Shown: positions 41,901-57,208 of the stretch, piece after piece
Layout: every line of letters starts with the position of its first letter
Numbering within the stretch: the first letter of the stretch is position 1
From: Octopus sinensis
Lineage: Eukaryota
Assembly (NCBI RefSeq): GCF_006345805.1
Contig: NC_043003.1
Span: forward strand, 65,224,001 to 65,288,000
Direction of reading: 5' to 3'
Length of the DNA stretch: 64,000 nucleotides
The notes under the pieces: generated by a model
The model's database searches: none
What the model saw: only the letters and a program-made list of their open reading frames with translations
Told to the model about the DNA's origin: nothing
Made by a program: the position numbers and the translations under genes

Positions 41901-44069
41901 CTATGGGACATATCTGGAAAAACAAAATTTCGATACGTCAGAATTGTTTTAATTTCAGTTTTCCCAACCTCACTTCTCGGTGACGATAGAGAAACATATT
42001 CAGCCTCATCCTCGACAGGTAAATTGCTAAACAGCTGCGTGTTTTGTACTGTTTGACATCAATGGAAATCTTGCCCCCATTTATCATGGCAGCCTCTAGT
42101 TCAGGGATTATCTCTTTGCAACCAATGCCTGGTTAAGAAGTAACACGAACTTTAAGATTCTGCCATTTTGCCAACATACACCAAGTGTTGCAATAAATTT
42201 TTGAAAATTCTGTTCTAGATTTCCGTCATTCTAAATATATAAGTATTGGTATATCAACTTTAAATTGGAAAGAATACAAACATTATTTTTTTAAACATAT
42301 GCATCAGGTATAATAGAATTAAAATCCTCTTTTAATCGCAAAATAGAATTGCAAGATACATATATCGTTTTTAGAAAAATTTCGAAAATCTTCCTCGATT
42401 TATATAAATTTATTTATCTAAAAAAAATATTTTCAACACGATAACGAGCAAACTTCTGTATGAATCAAAATGTTTTTATACGGGTTTTCATTTTGTTTAC
42501 AATACATAAGAAGATGCTTCTAAAATTAAATCTATTCATTATATCTAATTATTTATAATAATACCGATAATTATTCAGTCTTTATGTTCAGATTTAATTA
42601 AATCTGTATTTTAGAATATAATTCAAAAGATAAATATATAAGAATCAGTTAAAAGAATTCATTTATCTTTTAATAAAAACGACAGAGAATTAAAACATGT
42701 TTCTAAAAAAGTAATATATGAAGAAGAAAAAGCAAATATGTACATTGAAAACGATTAAGCAAATCATTAATCTGTTTTACAAGATGTTTAATTCCGTATA
42801 TTTTCTTAAAATGTTTAAATATCAATTGCACACTTTATTCTTTGCTCATCCTTGAGCTTAATCTTCTCTTGTGTGACCTTGAGAATCACGTAACATATCA
42901 CCAGGCATATAATCAAAACCTTAATTTGGAAAATTGTTATACATATTCATATCAAAATATTTAATAATAATATAGCTATGGAATTCGTTTTCCTTATTGT
43001 ATATTTTATCGATTGATAATTAGTTGATTCTCAGCTTTAGAAATTTATGAGCGATTCAGAATGTAAAAACAAAAATATCCTTTTATAGTCTGGAGAGACG
43101 TAATATTTGTACAAGATTATTAATCATAGTTATTTTGTATATTTTATGTGAAATGCAAATGCTATAGGTTCAGTAGTTTTGAAAAATATTCTTACTTTCT
43201 AAAATGTTCACACCTCATTTGATATAAAATTGTTTATAAAAAATAGTCTTACTCTCATGAGAATTAAATAATGTAAAATTCAAATAAAATGGTGTAAACT
43301 TTCAACAATTTAAAATGTAGAACAATGCGTCATTGATGTCATTTCAAAACATTAATAAATTTCAAAAACATATTAACCCAAAGTGTTAAATAATGACTGA
43401 TACTCTTCATTTCAGGATTAAATACACAGGTCCCAGAAATTTGAGCCTCATGCCGCATCCATTATCACAGCTTTCAAATTTTCGGCGAGGTATCTCAGTT
43501 TTGCGATTACACATTTTATGACGTTGACAGAGGTATAGCTCAGAGAATCAGCAGTTAGCGAATGACATACTTCAGGAGACTAGTTGCCGTTCTTGCCAGC
43601 TGTTTTGAACTACGTTGCTATTATATGAATATTGATGCTGTTTAGATATCATAAATGAGGATTTTCATAAAAATGCTACCATCAAAAGAATACAGCTGAC
43701 AATGCTGCCCTTATTGCTACACTGAGTATATAAATTCAATATTTTGCCGCTTCCCTTCAAATGGAAGTACGAATCAGTTTCATCATGACATCGTATGTTT
43801 GTGAACTTTCATATATACACGTGTACATGGTACGGAGCTAATCTATATAATGACATACCTCCAAATTTGAACACAGTTTGATATGTCCTACGCACAAAAT
43901 TGACTGACCTTGAGTCACTTTGTAACTTCTACACATTAAATATATATATATATATATATGTTTATGTATATGTATAAATGTATATTTATATATGTATATA
44001 TGTATATATATATACGTATATGTATAAATGTGTGTATGTTTGTGTTTGTGTGTGTGTGTGTGAGAAAGA

Positions 44070-44452
44070 GAGAGAGGCATCTGAGTGGGTAGAAATGTGG
44101 ACAGATAAAGCTCTTCAAAGACACCTTCCAAGGCTCTTTGAAGAGATTCGAGATTAATCGCCAGACTTGGGAAATTTAAGTGCAAGACTGCCCTGCCTGG
44201 CGAAACTGCACCAACAAATGCGTTACTTCCTAGGAACAGAGTGGTATTGGAGGAATACAATGACAACGCAAACTGCGCATGTCTAGAGCCTAATCATTGC
44301 CTTCAGTCCCAGCATAGCACCAGTGCCTGACCTACTGCCGATCCTTCCGAATAGGCATCGAATTGATCGGCATCAACTAGGCACACCATGTCCGTTTTCT
44401 CCCATTAATAACGTTGGTCATCATCGTCAACGATAAACGAATGAATGAATGA
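44070..44452 (+). mobile_element. RTE/BovB-like LINE 3' fragment
   Basis: GQIKLFKDTFQGSLKRFEINRQTWE..QDCPAWRNC...; (atga)n tail. Confidence 0.75.
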
Positions 44453-44939
44453 GATATATGTTTGCATGTATGTTTAGATGCTTATGCTTCTGTATATCAA
44501 TATAAGTCGGCCTCATTAACTTGTATGTATGTCCGTAAATGATAGACAAACGTCTAAGGTGCGGTCCATTTTATTAGCGAATGAGGAATCAAAAACTGCT
44601 GTTATACTAAAGGTTATTTACATCAAATTTATGTTAAGAATTTCAATATGCAGCGTGTTATAGATGATAATATATAAATGTTTTATCATGCCTTCGACGA
44701 ACGGTCCCTGTGTCAATCAGGCTTTCTATTGCGTATAAATACTGTTTTGTGTTAGATGCAAATAACGAATGATATCTTCACGGACAGAAGTATGAGGTCG
44801 TAAATGGATAATTTATCTAACACTAATTGAAGTCTTTTGGTGCTTAACACATCAGTCATCAGACTGATAGATGAAGAATTGCTAACTAAAATACAGAAAT
44901 GCATGATCTGGAATAAGGAAGCAACACATACGCAATATT

Positions 44940-45027
44940 ATGTATATATATATATATATATTATATATATATATACGTATATATGTGTGTGTATATATAT
45001 ATATATATATATTAATATATATATACA

Positions 45028-45073
<46 letters not shown>

Positions 45074-45106
45074 ACATATATATATATACATATACATATA
45101 TATATA

Positions 45107-45173
<67 letters not shown>

Positions 45174-45305
45174 CATATATATATATATACGTATATATAT
45201 ATACGTATATATATATATATATAATATTTATATATACGTATATATGTGTGTGTATATATATATATGTACACATATGTATGTCTGTAAGTATGTATGTATG
45301 TATGT
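44940..45305. repeat. (AT)n-rich microsatellite
   Basis: Direct reading. Confidence 0.95.
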
Positions 45306-46064
45306 ATAGCTTATTTTATATTCATAACGGTGTTGATATATTACTACAGCAAGCTAAGTCTGAGCGCTATGATTCATTTTACAAGTAGACTCACATTAAA
45401 ACTCGAGTAAATAGGAAAAAAAAAAGTATAATGCTCAAATAATGCTATCTTTACATGATGTATTAAGTTCCAGTTATGATCGCCGTTCAACCGTATATTC
45501 TTTAATATCTAAAGAATAGAGAAATGGAACACTAAACACAACCATGACATTTTCCTGAATGAAATATGTCAGAAGGGCTCGCAGGAAAAAGATGAAAGCC
45601 ACAGCTGCTTTTATTTCACACCCATATATATATGTATCTTTAAATGACTAGCGTTAATTAAATATCGCCTGATACGGATAAGTCCACACGAAGATGGCTG
45701 ATTCAAAATAACAATTTATCTCACTGAAATCAGAAAAACAAGGATTGATTGACATCGTATTGTGGTAAAGATTGATATTATTCGTTAAATAATTGATCAG
45801 TCGTCCACAAATAAACAAATCATATCAGAATGTTGAATATCATATATAAATGTCACCTCACGTATTTTAAAAATCACACAAAGATATATATATATATATT
45901 ATATATATATATTGTCATCATTTATCATTAATATTCCTGGTATTCCTGCAGTGCTCTGCATCTTTTGTTCGTTATTCAATCACTACTGCTGCACCATCAC
46001 GACGACGACCATTACTACCGCCATTGTCATCATCATTATTGTCATCGGAGCCGTCTTCTACTTC

Positions 46065-46096
<32 letters not shown>

Positions 46097-46334
46097 CTTC
46101 TTCTTCTTCTTCTACTACTACTACTTCTTCTTCTTCTACTTCTTCTCCTCCTCCTCCTCTTTCTCCCTTCCTCCACATCCCTCTTCTTTTTATCTCCTAC
46201 TCTTTCTTTTCCTTCTTTAACACCACCGTCTTCCTCTTGCCCTCCCTCCTCATTTTTATCCTCCACCTTCACCAGCTACTCCAAATTTTTCTTATACTTC
46301 TACTTTTACTCCTCCCCATTTTTCTTTTGCTCCA

Positions 46335-46520
46335 CGCCGGGCAAAATGTTTAGCGGTATTTTATCCGTTTCTCCGTTCTGAGTTCAAATTTCACCGAGGT
46401 CGATTTTGCTTTTAATCGTTTCGAGTCGATAAATTAAATACCACTAAAACATTGGGGACGATGTAATCGACCAGTCCCCTTTCCCAAAATTTTAGGCCTT
46501 GTGCGTTTTGTAGAAAGGAT
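46335..46520 (+). mobile_element. SINE family B
   Basis: cacgccgggcaaaatgtttagcgg...gagttcaaatttc...ccaaaattttaggccttgtgc. Confidence 0.75.
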
Positions 46521-46539
46521 TATAATTATTATTATTATT

Positions 46540-47175
46540 GACATAGCAATGTATACAATATCGTGAGGCTTTTGATTGAAGATATTGTATGTATCGGGGG
46601 TTTGTTCTGTCTGTCAAGTCACAACAAGGGCCTCAGTCAGACAGTACTTTACGCAATATGAATGCAATTCCAAGTAATTCCGACTTTTGCAATACATCTA
46701 GATTATAAGGTATCTTAGAGGTTTTCGGAAGTGTTTTCAGATTGGGTGGTATTGAAACCAGTGCTCCGATGACAACAAGAATAAACTTTATGTTCAATTC
46801 TCGTAGCTGCCACATCTTAGCGACCTCAGTTCTCAAGTTTCCATATTTATCATCCTTTTCTCTTTCTTTCATGATGATATGTTGATCTCTTGGCACTGCT
46901 ATGTCGATTATTAGGCACTCTTGTTTGTCTCTCCTAAAGGTCACTATATCCGTTCTTCGATGCTCAAACACCTTGTCTGTTTGGAAATCAAATACCCAGA
47001 GGATTTTTGCCTCCCCATTTTCGTCTATTGCCTTTTCCGGTGTATGTTGGTAACAAGCACCCGTATCGTCATTCCATACTTACGGCATAGTAGCAAGTAG
47101 AGATTTTGGGCTACTTTGACGTGTCTACGCTTGTACTCTTTCTGCGCAAGACTTTCACAAGCACTAACAACGTAA
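46540..47175 (-). mobile_element. R4/Dong-type LINE 3' fragment (CCHC remnant plus RLE domain)
   Basis: VVSACESLAQKEYKRRH; ORF 46633-46971 RRTDIV...IIDIAVPRD...VIGAL...LQKSELLG...LRKVL; (TAA)n at 3' end. Confidence 0.85.
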
Positions 47176-47193
47176 CACTTTCGACCCTCTTCC

Positions 47194-47232
<39 letters not shown>

Positions 47233-47249
47233 AAGAATCAACATTATTA

Positions 47250-47284
<35 letters not shown>

Positions 47285-47326
47285 ATTATTATTATTATTA
47301 TTAATATTATTATTATTATTATTATT

Positions 47327-48035
47327 ACCATATGTTTGACTTTTGCTTTGTATTTGTACAAGTTGGCTCTAATTCCCACCCAGAGACCTCAAGAGACGAG
47401 TTAAAAGTTCCTGCTGGTGTTATGCATAGGGTGTCATATATTTGGTTTTGCACAAAGTATCGTTGTAGAGAATGTTTAAGAAAACAAGAAAATTATGAGT
47501 TTGTTTTAAAATTTGAGATTACATATACAGTATTTTACGTAGAATATGGGCAGTTCCCATGAGCATTATCTTTTGAATTTCTGCCATATTGGGGTTTTCT
47601 GGTATCAAGTTGTTCTTTTGTCATCATTCCTAGGGCACCTATGACAACAGGTATTGTTTTAGTCTTGAGGTTCCACATTTTGCCAATTTCTATTTCAAGA
47701 TCTTTATACTTGCTCAGTGTTTAGTGTTTGACAGATACATTTATGCCGATTGGGACAGTCATATCAATGAGGAGGCATGATTATTGTCTGAAGTCTTTCA
47801 ATGTAATGTCTGGCCTATTCGCATCTATCTTTCTGTTAGTTTGAATGGTGAAGTTCCAGAGGAGTGAGATGTGATCATTTTCAAAAACTGGAAGTGGTTT
47901 GTGTTCCCACCAGTTTTCATCATGGGGCTAGTCCAGGTTTTTGCAAATTACCCAGTGAATATATTGTGCTGTTCTATCATGCCTGTTGAGATACTCTGTT
48001 GGCTCAAGAAGACTGCACATAGAGATAACATGATA
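47327..48035 (-). mobile_element. Second R4/Dong-type LINE 3' fragment (different subfamily)
   Basis: EYLNRHDRTAQYIHW...WWEHKP...LLWNFTIQTNRKIDANRPDI...LIDMTVP...PVVIGALG; ends in (AAT)n. Confidence 0.82.
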
Positions 48036-48367
48036 AATGGTTTCATTTTGTTGTTGACATACACGAGATATATATATATATATATATTGGGTCATCCCAT
48101 AAATAATCTTGTTTTTTCATACATCTTTTAATTTTTCAAAATATACTCTCCTTCACTTTCTACACTGTTCTTCCGTCTATCTGATTTTGAAGACTGCGGA
48201 ATAAATGATAATCAGAAGTCCGGCGAATATGGTGGGTGGAGCTTTGTTTTCTATTCAAACTGCTCCACACACACACACACACACACACACAAACATATAT
48301 ATATATATATTATATATATAGATGGAGAGAGAAAGAGACACAGGCAAAGACAAAAGACAGGCAGAGA

Positions 48368-48409
<42 letters not shown>

Positions 48410-49205
48410 GTGAGGAAGAAAGTAGATAGATTTGTGAATGAATACTCATACAGTAGCACAATCAAACAAGCACAGAAATATCTTCACTAAGGTATATGTA
48501 GATATATATACGCACAATATGGTCGGTGATCCATCTCATTAACACAATATCACGGAGTGTTCACTTTTCTACAACCCATGCCACCGAGTGATTAACAGTT
48601 AGGAATTGAAGAAATATGGTGTGGATCGGTGGAATAAATGGTAGAGCGCACGTGAAAATTATTTAGTAATAGTTTTATTCCAGTGTTTTTTTTTATATTA
48701 ATGTCAATAGCTTTTTAATTTAGTTTTCGGTTATGTGTAGGTGAATATTTCTTTTCATCTATATTATATTTCTTTTATACAGATGCATTTCAGCATTGTT
48801 GCGCATTGTCAATGCAGCTGGGTAGCATGTTCAAAAAATGCTCAAAATATGTGGTACTGTGTCTATGTTAGAAACCAATATATCGTTTGTCATTACTTAC
48901 AATCACCTTCATATGTTGAAATCTGACCTTCTTTATTTTCACTGTTTTCTGATTTCTTCTTTTATTCAGCAAAAAATGTTCTTTCTTTCATTCGGTTATT
49001 CTCTGAACTTACGTTATTCATTTATTCATGCTTTGTTTCTAGCTGTCTATCTGAATATCTATTTTTCTACATATTTGTCTATCGGTTTTTTCTATCAGCA
49101 TGTTTCTATCTATATGTATATATTTCAATATGTATGTATGGTATGTATGTATGCATGTATATATGCAAGCATGTATGTTTGTATGTATGTATGTATGTAT
49201 GTATG

Positions 49206-49236
<31 letters not shown>

Positions 49237-49289
49237 GCATGTATATATGCATGTTTTCAAGCATGGATGTATGCCTATAATGTACCTAC

Positions 49290-49516
<227 letters not shown>

Positions 49517-50994
49517 TATACGTATTGACTCTCGAGCCACTGTTGCGGAAGCTGGCAACTCTGAGGGGCATCCCGCGAGAACTGAGATGCGGGACGAGCG
49601 TGTCTGCATACGCGGACGACGTCACCGTCATAGTGTCTAGCCACGAGAACATCGAGCAGGTCGGCGAGACACTGAAAAACTACGAAGCGGTGACAGGAGC
49701 GAAAATCAACCGGGAAAAGTCAGTGGGCTTGCGACTAGGCACCTGGAGAAGCAAGCCCATGCCGTCCACCAGCGCATCCGTTGTGGGACGATGGACCGAC
49801 GGTCCGGTCGAGTTGCTCGGGGTCTGGTTCGGTCCGGACCTCCAAATGGAGAAGAACTGGAACGAGATAACGAGTAGGGTGGTCGCTCTCGCCCGGCAAT
49901 GGGCCGAGAGGAAACTGTCCCTAAAAGGTTGGGCGGAGGTGGCGAACACGTACATCGCGTCCGTCATCTACTACCGCCTGACCGTCGTGCCTTGTCCCGA
50001 CCCTACCATCACCAAACTACAACGCATTCTCTTTCACTTCTTGTGGAAAGGATGCGTCCTGATGGTCAGGCGATCCATTTGCTGTCAACACCCGTTAAAA
50101 GGAGGACTGGGCATGCCGTGGTTGATGATGCGCAGACACGCGCTGAGACTGCGACATCCCAGGCTCTTCGTAGACGACGGTGAACTGGTGTGGTCGCCGT
50201 TTGTGAGGCACGCTTTACCGCAGCTCGTCTCCATGACCGAACTAGAATCGTGGATCAAAAAGAGGCCGAGGAAGGGCAAATGGCACCGCGAGTGTCGCGT
50301 TGCTCTCAAGCAAATCTGCCGTCCTGGGTCAACCTTGAGTGACTCCATCACAACTAAAGCATTCTATAGGGTATTAGTGGAGGGGAGGTACGACGACGAG
50401 CTCGGGGCGAACCTGGACGTCGATGAGGAATACCTGACCCGCCTGTTCGGGACGACTTTCGGGCCAGGGCCCATGGACAACTTCCAGAGATCCCTGGCCT
50501 GGCAGTGCTACCGAGAAGCGCTACCCGTTCGGGATAAGCTCTACAGACACGGATCGAGAAACACGAGGCCGACCTGCCCGAGATGCGGTCAGAGCGACGA
50601 AACTGTTCTGCACGCACTCGTGCAGTGTCCAACAATTTCCGACCTGTGGGCTTATGTCGAACAACTGATGTCACGTGTGGGACGAGTTGGTTTATCAGCT
50701 GAGTCTATCGTCAATATTGTCACGCCTCCTTCCTTCAAACGGGAAGAAAAAGTTATTTTCATCATCCTTGTGGCTATGGCGAAAGAATGTATCTGGTGGA
50801 CGCGTCTGAAAGGATTAGAGACAAACACTTTCCTCTCTGGTCAACCTCTCATCAATTTCTTCAAGTACCACTTGAAAAGGAAAGTGAGAGTAGAGAGGCA
50901 AGTTTTGTCTAGCGAACGTTTTAAAAAAAGATGGGTGAATGTAGCAAGGATGGCACGTATGAATGACGAAGCCACCTTGAGCATAATCCTATGA
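49517..50994 (+). CDS. ORF2 C-terminal half of Tx1-like LINE (RT motif plus C-terminal zinc finger), partial, no start codon
   Basis: LYVLTLEPLL...SAYADDVTV...GAKINREKS...KLSLKG...FLWKG...KGGLG...CPRCGQSDETVLHALVQC; the N-terminal IYLS part of the supplied ORF is microsatellite. Confidence 0.88.
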
Positions 50995-51442
50995 ACCCAG
51001 AAATTGAAAACAGAGGGTTACCCACTTGCAAACAAATGTGGTAACATATAACAATATTGACCAAGGTTACCGTGGTCTTTTTCGTAGGCTTTTCTTCCCA
51101 CGGATAAACCTTACTTGCTTTCCCCTTTACACCATACATCATGACACTGTAATACACGATCCCTATTGATCGTTTTTTTTATCTTTTTTCTTCTTTTTTC
51201 ATTTTTCCTTTCTTTTTTCCCCCTTTTTTCTTTTTTTCTTTTCCTTTTTTTTCTTCTGTTTTTTCTTTACCTTTTTCTTTACCTTTTTTCTTCTTTTTTT
51301 CCTTTTTTTTCTTCTTTTTTCCCTTTTACGATCCCTTTTGATCGAAAACCTACGCCATCTTTTTCTTTTCTCCCCCAAAAGAAAAGCTCTACCTTGTAAC
51401 TTGTCCCATCTTTGTGCAGCCCTGTGTGGCAAATAAAGAAAC
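49517..51442 (+). mobile_element. Tx1/L1-clade non-LTR retrotransposon, 5'-truncated
   Basis: GC-rich frame starting mid-RT, T-rich 3' UTR, aataaa near 51432, (TATC)n on both sides. Confidence 0.9.
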
Positions 51443-51476
51443 TTATCTATCCATCCATCCATCCATCCATCCATCC

Positions 51477-51579
<103 letters not shown>

Positions 51580-51767
51580 ATACATTCATTCTTTATATTT
51601 TGCTTTCTTCATCACTTAAAGTTTTCTTCTCCATGAATTTTAAGCAGACTCATATTCTCACTTCGAATTAACCGGAACCACATACGTATACATACATATA
51701 TATAATATAAAATATAATATAATACACACACACACATATATATATAAATACATATATATACACATAC

Positions 51768-51810
<43 letters not shown>

Positions 51811-52508
51811 ATATACGCATGCATACAAACACATATACATACATACATATACAGATGCACAAGCATGATACACATTCTTCCTGACTTTTTTCATGCCCTC
51901 ATCGTTCTACTAAAAGTGTTGATTCTAATTCAACTCCTCCTCCTCCTTCACTGCCACCACCCCCTCCTCAAGCTATTTTCCCACGCTGTTTTTTTTTATT
52001 TCATTCCATCACGATTATTCTCTTTCCACTGATTTTACTCTGACCCTGTACTCTACCGGTCAATCTTTACTACGTATGTCTGTATACCTGATGCCTATCA
52101 ACAGTACTATCTCACTGTCATCGTCAATATAACCAGTACCACTGACAAGAAATAAAAACGTGATTCTTCTTCGTCGTCGTCATCATCATCCTCATCATCA
52201 TCATCATCAACATCATCACAATCCTCACCATCATCATCATCATCATCAAAACCAGTGGCAAAATGATCTATGGTAGCAACGAACAGATAAGCTGCGAAAA
52301 TACTTTCCACAACATTTAAATAGCTTGTATATATGTATGCATGTGTGTGTATGTATGCATGAATGTGTGCATGTATCTATGGGTGTGCATATGCATGTGT
52401 GTATGTATGTATGTATGTATGTGTGTATGCATGTATGTTTGTGTGTATGTGTATATGTTTGTATGTATGCGTCCGTATATGCATTTGCCTACGTACCTAT
52501 TTATAATG

Positions 52509-52563
<55 letters not shown>

Positions 52564-53359
52564 AATATATATAAATATATATATATTTCCATGTATATGT
52601 ACATTAATATGCGCATGAACATAGGTATATATAAGCATATTTATATATGTATCTGTATCTATATATGTGTATGTCTTTGTATGTGCGCGTACCCGAGTAT
52701 ATATGTGCACTGTTGCACGCGCACGTGTGTGTGCATGCGTGGATGTGTTCGTATTTTACTTTCATTATCATTTTTCTTCGAGCTTGAAAACCCATATCGA
52801 TCAAACCACATTAAAAGTATTGAGAACATTTCTGAATAGAGCAATTACGACCGATATGTGAGATATTTTATCTCCCAAATGACTTATTATACATATAGAA
52901 ACACACACACAAAGCGTACATCCACACATTATCGCGCGTGCACACACAAACGAACACGAAAAAGTAAAGCAGAAAAAAATATGAACACCTACGATATAAG
53001 ACCAAATAACCTTTATTTTTCACACTTTCTTGTAGCCTTTTTTTTTGTTGTCTTTTACTTTTGGCGTATCTTTTCTTATAACATTAGATCTTCTGAATAG
53101 TGTCATTCATCATTATAAATAAAGCCATCGCGATAGCATTTAAAATGACAAAAAATTTAAGTTATGAGATCTTAAAGTCGATAGCATTATGGCACACCTA
53201 GCATGGTTCCTTGTTCTGTTCATGCGTGAATGCTAAAGGTGTGCTCAGGCATAAGCACATACATTTATACGTATATACGTTCATATGTGTGTGTTTGTGT
53301 ATGTATATATATATTTATATGCATGCAAGTATGCAAATATGTAAGTATGTGTGTATGTG

Positions 53360-53407
<48 letters not shown>

Positions 53408-53417
53408 ATAATATATA

Positions 53418-53488
<71 letters not shown>

Positions 53489-55404
53489 GGTAGAGAAGTT
53501 CATAAACAGATGCGGATAGAGATAGATTGAAAGATCTATTATAGACGTAATGTCAAGGTTATCCATTTATGCTGCGTTGTAAAAAATCTTTCAAAATTTA
53601 TCAGCTTCATTGTGATAATATTTTACAACAGCATTATTTGTATTTTATCGCTTCAGGTAAGTGTCCAGTTAACAGAAAGCTTTCGAAACCATAGCTTTAT
53701 TGAGCTATTTTTCGTGACAGACAATGAATTTAAAAGTTGTTTAGTGTCGATTGGTAACAAATTCAGCATTCATCTCTACAGGTATATGAACTCCTTTCAA
53801 TGTCCTAAGGTTAACTATTCCACTCTAAACAATATCGCTTCGATCCTCAAGTGTCACACACGCATGCTAGTTCCTCCCCAACAACCCATCTTTAATATCT
53901 GGAATTATGCCCTTTGTCCGCTAAATAGATTCGGTCCTTCCAAAGCGTGATATACAGGTACCATTCACTCCACCGGAAACGACCTATAGTCTGCTGCCAA
54001 CGACTTTAAGAGATGTTATAATTGACGTCAAAACGACTTTACGTCTACGGACAATATAAATACCATGTCTCTTTAATTTTTTATTTAGAAACACAGAGGT
54101 TAATGACCTGACCATTTACCTCTGGTTTGGAAAACTATTGACTGAGCTCTACTATGCTGTAAAGAATTTCATAAATTAGATAGACCGCCTAGATAAATAT
54201 TTGCACATACAGACGCACACGCTTATACAAGTTTATATGTATACAGGGATACGTGTGAGGTGCGTGTTGCAAAAATACAAAAAAAAAAGAGGAGAAAAAA
54301 AGTTGTATTACTTTGAGGCTCAGGAAATGGAAAAGAAGAAAGTGTCTTTCACGTTTCATCTCCTGAAGGAAAGGGTAGACAAGAAGAGAAAAGAAAAGAA
54401 AAGGAAAAATAGAGAAACAGACACACACACGCACACATATATAGATGTATATATACAGAGAGAGAGAGAGGGGGGGGAAAGAAAGAGATAAAGAGAGAGA
54501 GAAAGTGGTAGATAGGAAGAGAGCGATAGATAGATAAATAGATAGATAGATAGATAGATAGAGAGAGAGTGAGAGAGAGAGAAAGAGAGAGAGAGAAAGA
54601 GGTAGATAGATGGATAAATAGATAGATAGCTAGATTGATAGATAGATAGATAGAGAGAGAAAGAAAGAGAGAGAGAGTGATATCCGTGATCAGATAATCA
54701 AAGATGGCTTCCACTCTATCGAAACAAACATTCTCTTTAGGTTGAGATTGAACTGACAGATACAACTTGATTAGTTTTTTTTTTTTTTTCAGGTTTGCCG
54801 ATAACAATCTCGCTTTACAACCTTGTGGTTTCAAGTTCAGTCCCATTACGTCACGGCTTGGGTTACTGCCTTCCTGTAATGTCGCCGGGACGACCAATTC
54901 CTTGTGAGTAAATTTGGTTGACGGAATCTGTATAGAAACCCGTCGTAAAACTGTAGGCGCTTACGTATCTTTGCGCATTTGTCTGTAACCCAATCCCACC
55001 CATACTCCAGCACCCTTGCCATAGCTGTTTGGCATAAATAACAATACAATAAGAAGTAGACTTGAAAATAAATAGTGAGGTCGGTTTGTTCGACTCAAAC
55101 CTTCGTAGTGCCGCCCAGATATAGCTGCAGTCGAAAGAGTCGTTAGCACGCCGGGCAAAATGCGTAACGGCATTTCATCCGTCTTCGCGTAATCAGTTTA
55201 ATTTCCTCAGCGGTCGACTTTGCTTTTCATCCTTTCAAGGTGGATGAAATAAGAACCAGTTGAAAACGGGTTCGATACAAATAACTTAACATCACTCCCA
55301 TAAAATTTCGGACTTCGTGGCTATAATAGAAATAATAATAATTATTAATATTTCTTTTTCTCACAGGTTTTATTGGCACTACTGAAGTCTTGCTTGCGTA
55401 TCGG

Positions 55405-55790
55405 GCTTACTCCCCGCAGCCTACGGTACCATGTTATTCGTTCTTTTCAGTTCCCTAATACTTTCCTGATTATTCTGGTCGTACCAAGGAGGCACACTTT
55501 TTTGTAACAGTTCTACTGGGCACTCTACACCAATTTCCTTTATATTCCTCTTGATGCCGTCTAGTCCCCTCCCACAAAATCTCAAGCCTTTTGTCGTTAG
55601 TAGAAAGGACTTATTATCATTATCATTATTCGTGGTTTGCAAGAATGTTTTACGTGTTCGGAATCAATGTCCTTGATACCAAGTCCCAACTAGCTTCCTG
55701 AGATATCGAAGAACTTTCTTACAATACTTGCTATCTCCAATAGAGCAGATTTCTGAATCAATACAACTCTTTTTGTGAAAGCAGTTTCAA
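55405..55790 (-). mobile_element. Short R4/Dong-like 3' remnants
   Basis: LDGIKRNIKEIGVECPVELLQKSV and a second CKKVL-like end; weak. Confidence 0.5.
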
Positions 55791-56456
55791 TAAGGGAACC
55801 GTTGATGTTCAATTAACGAAGTACCGTTTGAGGTCTAGGACCGATGTTCCCGTGTAGACCCTCGCCTAAACTTTCGAGACTGGTGTTATTATATTCAGTA
55901 GCAGTAGTGGTAATGGCGGTGGTAGTAGTAGTAGTGGTGGTGGTGATGGTGGGCGTTGTCGTCGTCGTAACTGTAGTTAAAGTAGTGGTGTTGTTTGTTT
56001 GTAACAATAACGTTGGCGATATTCGTGTTAAAATGGCGCGTTATAGTGGTGGCGTTGTCGTTCGGTGTTCGGTGTTTAGTGTGAACAAGAAATATAATGT
56101 TTTTGGTGTTGAATGATCTTGAAATTGTTTTGTGTCATGTTACGTCGTTACGTCTGTTCGTTAAAACCAGGGAAAATAATGAAGCAAAAGAAGAAAAAAA
56201 ACATTAGACATATAAAAACACAGTAAGCTATCAGCCTTTACAAGATGCTATCTTAGTCTGATATTATTTTGTATATAGTTTGGGTATAACTAAAACCCTT
56301 TATCAATGTCTTGGCAGTGGTAGTTTTTCTTACAATGTTTTGTTATGAAGTAGAGATTAAGAACTTGAAATATGTTCTGTATTACGACACCGCAATTAAG
56401 AGATTAACTAACAAACATGATAACTCTGAATCCGCTTATCTCCTAAAGTATCAATG

Positions 56457-56509
<53 letters not shown>

Positions 56510-56860
56510 GTGTATATATATATCCACATATATGTATATATATACATACATACATACAAACGCACGAATGTATTTACGTACATATCGGTGTGTGGATGTA
56601 TATATTGTTTACAAAGTTTAACGCGGATGAAAACGCCAATATATATGTATTACAACGAAACATGTTTAGGCTAACAAATATATACATTTTCTTATTTCTC
56701 TCTGAAGAATTGTGTTTTAAATTCTCACTACCTCCATCGCTCTCTGTGTTTCTGTGTGCATATATGTGTGCGTATATGTATGTACGTATGTATGTCTCCC
56801 CTTCTCTTTCTCTCTCTCACTCTCTCTCTCCCCCCATATATTATATATATATATATATAT

Positions 56861-56894
<34 letters not shown>

Positions 56895-57041
56895 ATATTA
56901 CATAATTTCATATACACTATTTAAAAAAGTCACATATCTCTCTGGATAGCGCACTTTTTGTTGATGCTACCTAAAAATGAACAGTAAACTATATTTCTGT
57001 ATATATATAATATATATATTATATATATATATATTATATAT

Positions 57042-57073
<32 letters not shown>

Positions 57074-57121
57074 GATATATATATATAAATATATCTATAT
57101 ATATCTATATCTATATATCTA

Positions 57122-57207
<86 letters not shown>

Positions 57208-57208
<1 letters not shown>

